A stretch of DNA of 64,000 bases, taken from Schmidtea polychroa. Its lineage: Eukaryota. The notes under the pieces are model-generated. The model had not been told where the DNA came from and did no database searches. It was given only the letters and a program-made list of their open reading frames with translations. The stretch's first letter is position 1, and the number at the start of each line of letters is the position of its first letter. The translations under genes were made by a program, and so were the position numbers. Where the stretch lies: NCBI GenBank assembly GCA_044892525.1, contig CM097885.1, forward strand, positions 142,724,001 through 142,788,000, written 5' to 3'. Shown here piece by piece: positions 24,460-37,931 of this stretch.

Positions 24460-26170
24460 TTTAATTTAATTTAATTCTAGAACATTGATTTTTAATTTAA
24501 TAATATTACTTTAACTTTAAAATTTAGCCCTAAATTCACTTAATTTAACCTTTGTTTACCAAATATATCCATTGATTTACTTAATTTAAAAATTTATTAC
24601 TTAATTTACCTATTTAACCAATAATTTAACGTGGTCATCTGGTTGTTAGTACTTGGTAGCTAGTTGTACGTACTTTTTACTTGGTTGATTATGCTTAGTA
24701 TCTGGTTGTTGTTGGTTGTAAGTACTTATTATCTAGTTGTTAGCTGGTTGTTAGTACTTGGTATCAGTTTGTAAATACTTAGTTGTTATTATTTGGTATC
24801 TAGTATTTGGTATCCTAGTTGTTAGTTGGTCGTTAGTACTTGGTTGTTGAATTATTATTATTGAATTATTAATTTGCCTAATTAACTTAGAACTTAATTT
24901 ACTTTAATTTACTTATTACCACTAATTCTTATCCTAATTCAAAATTTATTACTTAATTTTAAAATTTAGTCCTTTATTTAATTATTTACTCTTATTTACA
25001 TATCTAACCAATAATTTCATGTGGTCATTGATTAATTCATAAAGATTTGCCATTGAAAAATATTTCATAAAATTTTCCATTTAAAATTAATTTTTAAAAT
25101 TATTTCATAAAAATTTCAATCTAAAATTGTATTGAAAAATATTTCATAAAAACTTTCATTAAAAATTATCTTTAAAAATTATTTCATTAAAATTTTCATT
25201 AAAAAATTACATTTCTCAAAAAGTTGGTGGTTATTCAATGTTTTGATAATAAATTAAAAAATCTTACTTTAATTTACTTATTACATTAATTTACTTTAAT
25301 TTTTAAATGTTGACTTTAATTTACTTAATTTAAAAATATTACTTTAATTTAAAATTTTAGACCATTGATTACTTTAATTTTAAAATTTAGATCATAATTT
25401 ACTTAATTTAGCCCATAATTTACTGAATTTCAATATTTAGACTCATAATTTACTTAATTTTACTTATTTGAGCCCATTGATTACTGTAATCCAATTTTTA
25501 GACCCATAATTTACTTTAATATTAAAATTTGGACCTTCATTTACCTGTTTATCCTTAATTTACCATGTTTTCTTATTGAGATTTCTTTTTGTATTGAAAT
25601 CCCAGGACCAAAATGTAGCTATTGATTTATTTTAATTTTTATAATTTAACCCTTAATTTAATTTTAAAATTTTAGACTAAAATGTACTTTAATTTTAATC
25701 TTAAGACCCTAATTTACTTAATTGAGCCCATTGATTACTTTAATTTAAAATTTTAGACCTTAATTTACCTATTTGAGTCCATATTTTACTTTATTTTAAA
25801 ATTTGAGACCATAAAATATTTAGTTGAGCCCTTCATTTACTTTAATTGAAAAATTTTGACCATAATTTACTTATTTGAACACATTGATTACTTTATTTCA
25901 ATTTTAGACCCTTAATTTATTTTATTTCAATTTTTAGACACTTTATTTACTTTAATTCAAATTTTAGACCCTAATTGAAAATTTTGTATTGAAAATTCCA
26001 GAACCAAGGAGACCCACCTTAATTTACTTAGAAAAATTCTTGCTTTTTTGGCGAGAATTGAATTTTGTATTGAAATTCTCAGGTTCAAGGAGACTTCCTC
26101 ACAATAGTCAGAAAAATCCTAGCTTTTTTTCTATAGGACCATTTTTCTATTGAAAATCCCAGAAAAAATA
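24460..26170. repeat. Strand-asymmetric degenerate minisatellite / low-complexity array
   Basis: Recurrent TTAATTTACTTTAATTT/TTAGACC units, GGT(T/C)GTTAGTACTTGGT x3, and a TTT(G/C)TATTGAAA..C..AG motif x4. Confidence 0.7.
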
Positions 26171-26433
26171 AGTGTATGATTTACTCTTACAACTACTTTT
26201 GATGGATAGTTATATTAGCAATATAAATAGTAAATAACCTTTTATTGTACTCGAATAAATGAACTTAAGAAATCAGAATTGATGTCTACCTAATTGTTTA
26301 ATTAAATGATATTTGTATAAGAAGCAATAAATAAATAAAAAAAATTGAAATAGAATATTATATAAATAGTAAAATTGTAATATAATTGTAATTACAATTC
26401 TCTAAATCACTTATTTTTGATAACCAAATAATT

Positions 26434-29400
26434 ATGATATCAAAATTAATTCGCCACAAATACTACAAAACCTTTCTTATTGTTTCCCTTGTATTTATGA
26501 TAATTGCAGCTATTCTCCTAATTGCAGCTTTCATAAGTCCTTCCTGGACACAAATTGATGCTTCCGTTTGGACTAATAAACTTATTATTGAAAGTTAGTT
26601 TTCTTTATCTTATATTTAATNNNNNNNNNNNNNNNNNNNNNNNNNNNNNNNNNNNNNNNNNNNNNNNNNNNNNNNNNNNNNNNNNNNNNNNNNNNNNNNN
26701 NNNNNNNNNNNNNNNNNNNNNNNNNNNNNNNNNNNNNNNNNNNNNNNNNNNNNNNNNNNNNNNNNNNNNNNNNNNNNNNNNNNNNNNNNNNNNNNNNNNN
26801 NNNNNNNNNNNNNNNNNNNNNNNNNNNNNNNNNGATAAGATAATTGAAAATATTTATGTGACTATGTGATCCTAGTTTTAGTGGTATACATTAACTAAAT
26901 AGCTTTTCAAAATCCAAAATTTATTATTATAAACAATATTAAAACAAATAAGATTGTTATATCAACAATATTTAGAATTAGAAAACATCAAATACTTTAT
27001 ATTACAAACTAAAAATTAATAAAGATTGTGAAATTTGTCTATTAAATCTACAATACCTATAGTTCCCCTATCTAGCATAACGATGACAGAAAATTTCATG
27101 AAATATACGGTGAAAAATATGCTTGAGGACGTTTATTAATAACAATAATATTATTTTGAATTATTAAGGTTTGAGTCAAATGTTTTGTCGTGTAATTCCA
27201 AGAATAAAATAAAATGAGTTTAAAATTATTCATCCGTGTCACACGGTAAAAAAATCACATAGTTTGGAATGCAACCATATCATAGTTTCGAACTGAGAAT
27301 AATAAACTTCAAAGTGGAATAGTAAACTTCAATATAAGAATATTGTACTTCAATTCCTGGCTGTTGATNNNNNNNNNNNNNNNNNNNNNNNNNNNNNNNN
27401 NNNNNNNNNNNNNNNNNNNNNNNNNNNNNNNNNNNNNNNNNNNNNNNNNNNNNNNNNNNNNNNNNNNNNNNNNNNNNNNNNNNNNNNNNNNNNNNNNNNN
27501 NNNNNNNNNNNNNNNNNNNNNNNNNNNNNNNNNNNNNNNNNNNNNNNNNNNNNNNNNTCTAAATTATTTTTTAAATCAGGTTCAAAAGATAACGTCATAA
27601 TTCCAAGTATTTATTTTAAGAAATATTGTATAATTTTCAAATAAATTTTCAGCATTGAATAAAATATTTTCAAAACCATTTATTAAAATTTCGATATTTA
27701 AAATATATTTTTTTAAAAATTATTTACTAATAAATCTTCTTTATTTAAAATTTATCTTTAACAAAATCGCTTTTCAATTTAAAAATTATTTTAATAGTTC
27801 ATTATTTATCATTTAGAATTATCTTAATAAATCATTGAAATATTTAATTCTCAGCTGAAAACATATGAAAAGAAAAACACCGCTTCTTTAAGAAAATTTT
27901 TCATCTTTTCAACATTTCTTTGAAGAATTTTCCCACTTTGGTCTTGTAGCAGATATCGGCAACCATAAATATTCAGCATTATTCTATATGGCCCTTCGTA
28001 TCTTTCCTTGTCTTTCGTTCTTGATTCTACTTTTAACAGTACTTCATATCCAATATTGAATGATCTTTTTGTCTGTGTTGTTTCTCGTGTATCCTTTTGT
28101 GAAATCGGCGTTTACTGTGAAATTGTTGTCGAGTTATTTTTCTTCCAAATATTACTTCTGTGGGACTTCGCCCAATTGATTTCTGAAATGTTGCATTTAA
28201 TCTCTGGTATGATCTCTGCCCAATCTGTTCTATTTTTTTCTTTTGATGATGCATTTATATGATCCCTTATTTTCCTAAATTGATACTCTATCACACCATT
28301 TGTATTATGGTGGTATGGACTTAGAAACCAGTGTGTAATTCCCATTGATTTTGTAAAATCTTTCATCGTCTTAGATTCAAATACTTTTCCACAATCGATG
28401 TGAATTTCCTTTGATACTCCAAATCTAAGAATTCATTTTTGTAGTATTGTTTCCTTAATCGTTTCCTCATACTGTTTAGCGACAGCAGTCAGAGAGATAT
28501 ATTTGCTAAATTGATCAATAATTGAGATTATATATCTTTTCTTTCTGAATGTTTCCTGCAAAGGGGCCACATATATCAATATACACTTTCTCTCGTGGTT
28601 CCTCTGCTGTCAGCTTTATTGTCTCTTCTTTATCTTTGTTGTCACAACTTTCGTTCTTTGACATGCCTCGCATTGTCCAATTGTTTCTTTTACTGATTCT
28701 TTTTTGTCTCCTATATCGTAATTGTCCGCTACATATTTTGTCACCTTTTCTGCTCCTGTGTGTGATAGAAAATATGCATACTTTTTATCATTTCTTGATC
28801 ATATCTTACCCTCTGTAATTTTCACCACGTTGTCTACCTGTATAAATTTCCAACTTGTTCTATTTCTGTATTATCCTTTTTCCACTTATAATCTTCAGCT
28901 TTTTACATAGTGTTAATTCTTCGGGTTTTCATTCTTTCGATTTCGCGTCTTCGTGTGCCAATAAACATTGTGTGAATGTTCCACATTTACTCCTTGACAA
29001 CATATCTGCATTTGCATGATCCGTACCCTTTCTATTAATATACTTTTAATATACTACTGAGGTAGTTAATACATGTCTGAAATTGCGTTGTTATTGGTTT
29101 CTTTGTGGATAACATAAACGTGATAGCTTTATGGTTCGTTCTCAAAATGACCCGCTTTCCATATAAATAATGATTGAAGTGTTGACAAAAATAATATATT
29201 GCCAGCAACTCTTTCCTTGTTATGTAATATTCCTTTTAATGATTGTTTATTGCATGAGAACTGTATGCTATAACCTTTTCGCACCCGTTGTCGTCTTTCT
29301 ATAATAATACTGCTTCAATCTTGTCAAAACTCGCATCAGTATCCGGAATAAATTCTCTTCAAAATCTTGAAACCCGCCTTTCCAATTTTGTCTAGCACTT

Positions 29401-32400
29401 CATTTAAAACTTCGTAGTGATGATTGATCGCTTCTGTAAATATCAAAATATCGTCTAGGTAGACTGCTGCATATATCGTACCCATTAATACTTTCCCATC
29501 AGTTCCTGAAACGTAGCTGGTGCCACTGATATTCCAAATAGTATTCTGTTAAAACAGTATTGCCCTGTTTTGGTTGAAAACGCCGTCTTCAACTTTGATT
29601 CGTCTTCTAGTTCTATTTGCTCCACCCAATTTATCTAACATCTCTGCTATATTTGGCATAAGGAACGTTTGTCTCTCTGTTACTAGGTTTAATTGCCTGA
29701 AATCAAGGCATAATCTGATATCTTGCTTTTCTTTCTTCCAGACGCATATTAGTGGAGTGTTCCATGGCGAATTACACTTTTTGATGATATTATTTTCCCA
29801 TAAGGTTTTTATCGCTTCATCTATTTTACCTTTCAAGTTGACTGGTTGTCTCCAAGGTTTAATATTTATTGGTTTTCCTTGAGTTTCTATTTTATGCTTC
29901 AACAGCTTTGTGCATCCAATGTCCCATTTATCAGCCATAAAAACATTTTGATTCTTTTATATATTCTTTTATGTTCAGTAGTATCGGGTTATTTATCGTT
30001 AGTGTATTCTTTTTTCTTTTTGAAATCGTTCCATCTCCGTTATTGTCTTCCCAAATTTGGCTACGATACTGCATATGCGCTCTTGCTTTGTTTTCTCGAC
30101 CTCTTCTACTGGCCACTTTAGTTGTATACCAAATTGTTTTTGCAACTCTATACCACCAATTACCTCTGGAGTCATATATCTTATTATCGTAAACTTTACC
30201 CTTCGTTTCTAAAACACTATTATTTGCACATCACAATGTATCAGTCGTTGTTCTTAGTTCTACATCTTTAAGTTTCTCAAATTTGCCCCAACTCATGACA
30301 TTTACTGTAGCTCCTGTATCGAGCAAGCATTCCATCTTCTGGTCTTGTATTCTAATAGTTACAATTGGTCGGCCTTGCATTTTATCATAACTAATAATAT
30401 CATTTTTCCTTTCATCTAAGGTGAGTATTTGTACATTTTCTCTTTCTCTTTTTGCAAAATCCTTTTTTATGAATATGTTTACTTTCCTTATTACATTATT
30501 TTCCTCATTTGTTACCTCTGTATCTTTCATATCTTTTTCTATAATACATGATATTTTACTTTTATTATAATAATTAATAATTTGGGAGTCAGCATCGCTG
30601 TTTAATACACTGCCCCGACTATGGGGGCGCAGAGGACAGTGTGTAAGCTTTTGTCGATAATTTTTTACTAATAATAACCAAGCTGTATGTTGTAATTACA
30701 ATATCACAACAGTTTCAAATGAAATGAGGTTTTAAATTTGTAAAGACCTAAATAATCCAATTGAATTGTAAACTGAAATAATAGAATTTTTGCTATTAGA
30801 TTAAAACGATAAACAAATAATTGTAATATTGTATTTATAAATAATCAAGAAACATTTAGTGAGTTATATTCAAACCAAAACTATAAATATAAATTAACAG
30901 AAAGTATAATGGATTTTTGAAAAAATACCTAGAAAAAGAAATTATTAAAAAAAATATTTAAAATTTATAAAATACCTAAAAAATTATTAGAATACCTAAA
31001 AAAATTTAGATTAAAAAAATAAATGAAGAATTAATAAAGAAGATAAATTATGAAATTATATAAAGAAAGTAAAGGAATAAATTTATATAAGAAATAGTAA
31101 AAAATAAATAAAGATAAATTAAGGAAGTAATATCAAGCAGGAAGTAAAATAGATGAAATCGATATATTATTTATAAAATTTATATTAATATATATTAATA
31201 TCCATTATTATATTGGATTATATTTACAAATAGCAATATCAATTATTAAAAAAAATAATTTAAAGCGTGAAATTCCATGTTTTGAATTATATTTAATTAT
31301 AAATTAATTCATTAGAAAATCTCGATCATTTTCTATTTAAGATGAAGATTTTAGACTAGTGCTTCTCATCTGGGGCCCTAGAGATTTCGTTGGGGCAATT
31401 TCGAAATTAATGGATTTTTAAAATATGATAAATCATAATTTTTCTCAATTATATACGTCGTATTTTATGTATATTATGATAGAAACAATTTTTTAACACT
31501 GAAGATATAGTTTTAACCAAGATTTATAAGCAAAATTGAATTTTTTAAGTAAGGTCTTGTAATTTGTTAATTAATTCATAAACTGGGGCAATTTGACTTT
31601 TAAACTCTATTGTTGGGGACATAGAGCATAACATGATGAGAAGCACTGTTTTAGACTGTTAGATGGCAAAGTTTAGGTAACAATTACTATATTAAGAATC
31701 TATCTTAAAAACCAAAGAATAACTATTGAATTAATATTGAATTAATATTGAATTAATATTGAATTAATATTGAATTAATATTGAATTAATATTGAATTAA
31801 TATTGAATTAATATTGAATTAATATTGAATTAATATTGAATTAATATTGAATTAATATTGAATTAATATTGAATTAATATTGAATTAATATTGAATTAAT
31901 ATTGAATTAATATTGAATTAATATTGAATTAATATTGAATTAATATTGAATTAATATTGAATTAACTATTGAATTAATAATACAAACTTCATATAAATTT
32001 GATGTTATTTATCAACAACTTTATAATGAATAAATCAAAAAATTAAGCATATACAAAAATAATAAAACTAGATAACATCTAAAAAGCTTGAGATAATATA
32101 ACGTTATAAATATGATTTAATAAGATATTTTTTTATATAATTATAATTAAGGATTCATTATAATTTTCACAAATATTAAACTACTAGCGAAATCCCAGCA
32201 TGTGTTGCAATGCCCCTCAAGAAATTTTTATACATGACATACAGAAACCTAACACCACCGACACGACAATACATACATTGTCTGAAACATAAATAAATAC
32301 TTTAAATTTCATGGTTACAATAACTCAATAGCATTAATACTATTACATAGAACTATAATAGAAAATGTATGAAAAATTAAACTTCAGCTCACTTAAAAAA

Positions 32401-35400
32401 CTGGAGCCATCTACCGATGCACTAAAAAGCAATAAGGTTTTTCGTCTAAGGTCTATCTACGTTATAACAAAATTTCAGCACAATAGTATGAGTATAAATT
32501 GAGTAATGTTAGAAAATGTATGAAAATATTTCTAAAAATTCCGACTTTACCTCACTTCTGCTTACTAAAAGAACTAAAGCCATCGCCTGATCTACCTCAC
32601 AAACAATAGGATTCCTCATTAAAGATGTTTCTACCAAATAACGAAAGTTTCAAGACGATAGCTCTAACCACTCCCGAGTCTAGAGTGGACATACATACAT
32701 TGTCTGAAACATTTTTCCTATTTTATATATAGATTGCGTCAGTATTTGTATGTTTTGTTCGTGATTTTGTTGCTAATTACTTAATTATTTGAGAAACTTA
32801 TTTGTCCATAAATTTTGTATAATCAGACGTGTCTTCTAACAAAACTTACTTCTGCTAATCAGCAAATAGATTTGTAATTCTAAATGAAGCGCAAATATTT
32901 AATATAAAATTGTACATTTTATTTATACAATTAAAAATTATTTTTCATGCAGATACATGCAAATCTACAAATTTTCCTCCAAACAGTTTAGTCAAATGCT
33001 TTTTTCCATTTACAATGAATGGAATTACTTATAATGACTGTATCATACATGGAAATGATTTTATTTGTTCCAAATCGTGCACTTTAAATGACCCGGCAAT
33101 TGAAGGCATAAAATGTCCCCTTGGACGGGCAGCAACAATTGATATGATGAGGTCTTTTGTCGGTTAGTGATAATTATTAAAATAATGCATTATACTTTTT
33201 AATTAATAATAATAAATTTGTGATCAGAATGTTGTGGAATAATTGTGTCAGCGTATGCATATATGGTGGTCGTTCAATGCAAGGCCGAAATAAAGGATTT
33301 ATCGCTCATGTTTTGCGGAAAAATTCAAAAATAAAAATTGTACATTGCATTATTCATCGTGACGTTTTGGTTTCAAAATCTTTGTCTGAAAAGCTTTTTG
33401 AAACGATGGATAATATGATAAAAGTTGTTAATTACATCAAATCAAGTGTATTGCGGTCTAGAATATTTCATCTTTGTGTGATTCGATGGATTCGAATTTT
33501 AAATCTTTGGTTTACCATATTGTTGGGTTATTGGGTTGGTGACAATATCTGTAAATTCAAATTTTTTACTCTGACTCCAAAGCCTGTTTTATTAATTCAC
33601 AAATTAACAATCCCGAACAAGATAAGCTTTATTAATATTCACAGTAGATCGCACAAGTTGCAATTACAACCAATTAACTCTAAACCAATTAATTACACAG
33701 AGCTTATTGCGACCCAACGTGAAGAATAGACCTTCTCGTATAATTCCTGAAACAACAACGATAATCACTAGTCGTCAATCAACTCAATTATAGTGTACGT
33801 TGATCGATTGTTTTATTTGCTTTGACCACAAATTTATTCACTCCACTTCCACTTTATATTCAATTTTACAAAATATTCTCGTCACTTTCTCAATCAATTA
33901 TTTATTACCAACAAGTTCTATTCTGTCATTCTGAGTTCACTCTGTTTTTATCTCGGTTAATTTCTCGTTTTAATGCTCCTTTTAATTCTCTTTTTAACTC
34001 TCATTTTAACTCTAACTCTCTAAATACTTTTAAACTCTTTTCTAACTAACTCTAACTTCTGTGTCTTCCCTTTTATAGCTTGCTCCATTAGCGGTACTTG
34101 AGACAATTTTGTTTTCCATTTTGTTTTTCCTCTGTATTCCCCGCTATTTCAGCCTTATCTCTGACAGAAATCGAGATATGCCCTGTTTTTCCCTTTTCGT
34201 GTTTTGCCGACTTTTCTTTTTTTGTTTTGTAAAATTTTTGTAAATTATATTAACAACTAGGTAAATTAACTTTTAAAGAGTTAATACCGTTAATAATTAG
34301 TTTCCTTCTTTTTCTACTTTAGTTTTCTCTAAATGTTTTCTTTCGGCTTCTGTTGTTACGTTTGGTTCGTTTTCGTTTATTATTTCCTATTGTTTATTAT
34401 TAATCTCTCTCAACTATTTATACCTCGATTAGAATGTTGTCTCTCAACTATTGATGAATTCCACTCAAAATTTGATCAGTTACTATTCATTGTCTAGTGT
34501 TAGGTTATATTCTGATCTTTTATATTAAAATTATTTAGTAAAATTATAATATTAGTAATAATAAATTACTATTTTTATTTAATTTTTTTCCCCAATAATT
34601 TTATTTCTATAAACAAAAATATATTTATTATTTAAAAATTGCTATTTTCACCTATGTACGATTTTTAGTAATTATAAAATTACTATTTTTTGTTTACTAG
34701 CTATTTCCTATTGTTTCTATATTATTTCATGACAATCTTTGTTGGTCCAACCCTAACAAAAATTTAAATAAAATAATTAGTAAATAAATGAATTTTTGTT
34801 GCATATCTATTTGATTATTAATTATTTTTTATTGTGAATATTTTTATCTTTTTTCTTTAACAAATTAATTAATATATTATTTTTCAATTAAAATGAATTT
34901 TCGGCACTACCTTTTTCACGCGTTTGTTAAATTATTTGGTATTTTAATGAAATGTTATTTATTTCGAATTTTCCAATTTTTATGAAATACAAAATTCAGC
35001 TAAACCCATTTATTTTTGTGATTAACATAAAAATTAATAATTTGTATTTAGACGAATCCAATAATGCTTACTATGAAGCTACCCAAGTACTAATTATCAT
35101 ATTCTTTATCATATTACTCGGAGTCATCGTGGCAATGATTGTTGAGACATGTTGTCTATACACAAACACCCTAAGAAATGTTATTATAATTCTAATGGGA
35201 GTCGCGAGTACAATATAATTAAATAATAAAAAATTTAATTTAATTTAGTAATAATTGGAGCAATTATAATTTTGGTGAGTCTATTAAAAGTAAAAGGAAC
35301 AATACAAGGTTGGGGATTCTGGATATTTATTGGTGCATTATGTATCCTCATTTTGGCTCTCATGTTTTACTTATTAGCTCATTTTCTTACATTCTGTCAA

Positions 35401-35670
35401 AGACAGTGTAAATGCATCAATCAAAACACATCTAATGGTAGAATATCGCCTCAGTCGACCGCTCATCAAATTAGTCATTCGAAAGAAGCCATACATCACA
35501 ATCCTCATCATTTTCACAAGAACCCCGAAATGATTTTCGTTGAACCTCATAAATTGCATCAAAGACAAATAACAGGAATAGAAGATGACATGGGTTTCAT
35601 ACAAGATGGGATATATTATACATACCACAAACCACATTCAAGTCGAAATACAAAAATTGAGAAATATTAG
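26434..35670 (+). CDS. Four-TM claudin/PMP22-like membrane protein with an FN2-like extracellular exon (spliced gene)
   Basis: Exons: 26434-26593 (TM1, SPSW), 32953-33162 (CFFPFTMNGITYNDC...C...C), 35052-35207 (TM2, start of TM3), 35249-35670 (end of TM3, GWGF, TM4, tail). All junctions are GT-AG phase 1. Extra exons may be hidden in N gaps. Confidence 0.72.
26621..26833. other. Assembly gap
   Basis: N run. Confidence 1.
27369..27557. other. Assembly gap
   Basis: N run. Confidence 1.
27900..30530 (-). pseudogene. pol: Second decayed Ty3/Gypsy pol (PR-RT-RH-IN), in intron 1 of the claudin-like gene
   Basis: ECLLDTGATVN (PR); LCLDFRQLN and YLDDILIF (RT); IIDQFSKY, HIDCG and SPYHHNTNGVIE (IN). 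Many frameshifts; no gag or LTR recognised. Confidence 0.9.
31357..31648. mobile_element. hAT MITE
   Basis: TIR (C/T)AGTGCTTCTCA; perfect 8-bp TSD TTTTAGAC. Confidence 0.92.
31724..31977. repeat. Tandem array of the 11-mer TATTGAATTAA (~23 copies)
   Basis: 22 perfect units, one extra C, then one more unit; no spacers. Confidence 0.97.
33235..33520 (+). pseudogene. hAT (Buster/Charlie/ZBED5-like) transposase fragment
   Basis: VCIYGGRSMQGRNKGF...IVHCIIHRDVL...VVNYIK matches the TDGA..MxG...HCxIHRExL block; cut at 33521 by an LTR end. Confidence 0.8.
33521..34758 (-). mobile_element. Solo/partial LTR
   Basis: TGTTGGGTT at 33521; minus-strand TATAAAAG (34070-77) and AATAAA (33628-33). Far end uncertain (AACCCTAACA at 34758). 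Confidence 0.5.
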
Positions 35671-35881
35671 ACAAAAAAGTGCAGAATTTATTTTTATGAT
35701 CAACAAACATTTAATAAAGATTTATGGTTCTTAATTGAAATTAAGTTTGCTATAAAAACATTTAAATTGAGTACTTTTTCAAAAAATTTATTTGGTTTAA
35801 ATTTTTTAACTATTTTAGCTATATTTTAAAAATTTGAATTATTTAACACTATACGATAGAATAAAAACTCACACATATGAC

Positions 35882-36214
35882 CAGCGCCGCCCGGTAACTT
35901 TTGCTTGCCCAGTGCAGACACTAAAAAAATTTTTTTTAAATTTTATTACATTCACTTTTATTGATTTTAATTACAAAAAGTAATACAAAATATTAAAAAG
36001 CAGTTTTTCTAGCTCTTGAAAAAACCAATTTGTTTCAAATTAAATCGTAGCAAACTAGATATGTTTGAAAGTTAAACGAATTTTGAATTTTCATCTTTGA
36101 TTTTTTCTTTCAATTAGTGATATTGTTTTGCCATTGAAAAACTTTTTCTAATGTATTTAATATTTGGGGGCCCAGTGCGATTACACTTGTTGCACTTGCG
36201 ATAGTACTTCGCTG
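35882..36214. mobile_element. hAT MITE
   Basis: Imperfect CAGCG ends; TSD CATATGAC/CATATAAC. Confidence 0.7.
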
Positions 36215-36910
36215 CATATAACTTACTTTTTATTAATTAAATAATTAGTTAGCAAACAATGTTTTTTGAGATCAACATAATTGCACAAATATTATTTTCT
36301 GAAAATCGGCATCTTTAATAACGATTGATTAAATTCATTTGACATATAAAAAATTTAATTTTGGACTTTAACACTAGATTTATGGGTAAAATACCCGTAA
36401 AAATAGGTATACCTAATTCGATATGCGAAACGATGAAGTCGATAGACTAGAGTAATTTTTATTTTTACCTATATTTCATACATCTGTATTCAAAAAATAA
36501 TAAATCAGTATTATATATATGTAGCAATAGAATTTTAAATGAGTCAAATTGGCTCAGTCCGTAAATCTAGTGTTAATAAATAGTTTCTATATAAACCCCA
36601 AACTAAATGTTGGACTTAAAATTTGAAGATAACTCAACGACTTATGTATGATTTATAGACAATAATTATAAAATATGTTTAATTCTCATCGTAGATCTTT
36701 CCAAATTTCTAATAAATTTAAATTTTACTGATTCCACTAACAATAATTTACAAATTTTTTCACATTTTCTCCTCAAACATATAAATCCAAAATTAATTAA
36801 ACTCTTTATCAGCATACCATTTGAAAAATCAAGAAATTCACAACCAAAAGCACCACAATATCCAGGGGAAATATATAGATATTCCACAAGATTGGAACAT
36901 TTTTGCATAT

Positions 36911-37479
36911 TGTTGGGATTATTTTTTTAAAGTCGGTTCTGTCTCTCTGACTCATCGTGTTCTTTTTCAACCAAATAAATCGAAACCCAACACAGAATAA
37001 TTTTATTCAATTTCAAATAAATTACACTTGTCACTATTTGCAACTTTCGTTCAATCTAATTCTCTTTTTCTTCTTCGACTAAATGGCGGCTTGTCTGTTT
37101 CTGAGCTCTCTTTTTATACTGTTTCTGAGAGGCCAATTATCTATAGAATTTCAATTAATTCTTTCCTGTGAATCCTAGGTAAACATTTGAGGGTTTCCGA
37201 ATTGTTTTAATTTGTTTATCCTAGGTTGGCGCTCGAAATAATCCATCTCTTATCTGATTGCTCGGGTTTTTACCGTTTTTACTAACTACTTACTTTTAAT
37301 AAGTAGTAATGTAAAAAATATGAAAACAATACAAAAAAATACAAAACAATTCTAGAGCTGGCTGCATTAAATATGTTTTTCATTCATGCATCCTTTAAGG
37401 CACCAATCAATAATTTACCGGAAAAGATTGAAAACATTTATAAATCACAATTTCACAAATATTTATAAACTCTGAAACA
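36911..37479 (-). mobile_element. Solo/partial LTR related to the 642-5834 LTR
   Basis: TGTTGGG at 36911; shared CTCTCTGACTC ~30 nt inside; minus-strand TATAAAAA and AATAAA; ATAT on both sides if the far end is 37479 (uncertain). Confidence 0.55.
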
Positions 37480-37572
37480 ATATGATCACGATCAATCTTA
37501 ATGACTTTCAAATAAACGAAAAACCGGGCTCGGAGATATGTGTAATTTGAAAACAAAAAAAAACAAAAGAAT

Positions 37573-37843
37573 TCAGTCAGGCTGATTTTGCTTTGATGAG
37601 AATATAATTTCATCATTCGATGGAATAGGAAGAGATATTGCGTTGAGATTAGTGATTGGTTCGATAAGACTCGGAGCTGGTGTCACAGATCTGATAGATT
37701 GAGCATCCATATCAATCACTGTACTACAGTTCGAATCGACTTCTGTACTTTCAGAACTGAATAGACTACAATCAATAGATTCTTCAACACTGTTTTGAAC
37801 TTTCGTCGAATTCTTTAACATTGAAGATGGTATTGGAGGTAAT
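37573..37843 (-). CDS. Terminal exon of an unidentified, low-complexity Ser/Pro-rich protein
   Basis: Acceptor TATTTAG; LPPIPSSMLKNST...NQPD*; phase matches exon 40148-39958. Confidence 0.55.
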
Positions 37844-37931
37844 CTAAATAATCAGATTTTCGTTTAAACATTATTCACAATTAATGATAAAAAAAATAAA
37901 TGAAAAATATATAATATAATATACTTCAGAC

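Noticed and set aside
26555-27600. ORFs spanning N runs (also 45772-46044)
   Set aside because: They appear open only because N codons contain no stops.
30560-30720. Possible PBS/LTR for the second Gypsy element
   Set aside because: No TGG-initiated PBS adjacent to a CA end could be established.
31724-31977. Possible CRISPR-like array
   Set aside because: No spacers, an 11-bp unit, a eukaryotic context and no cas genes.
33220-33729. 169-aa ORF as a single gene
   Set aside because: It is a chimera of a hAT transposase fragment and read-through into LTR sequence at 33521.
36666-36908. 80-aa minus-strand ORF
   Set aside because: No motif or splice support; it looks like 3' UTR/intergenic sequence next to an LTR end.
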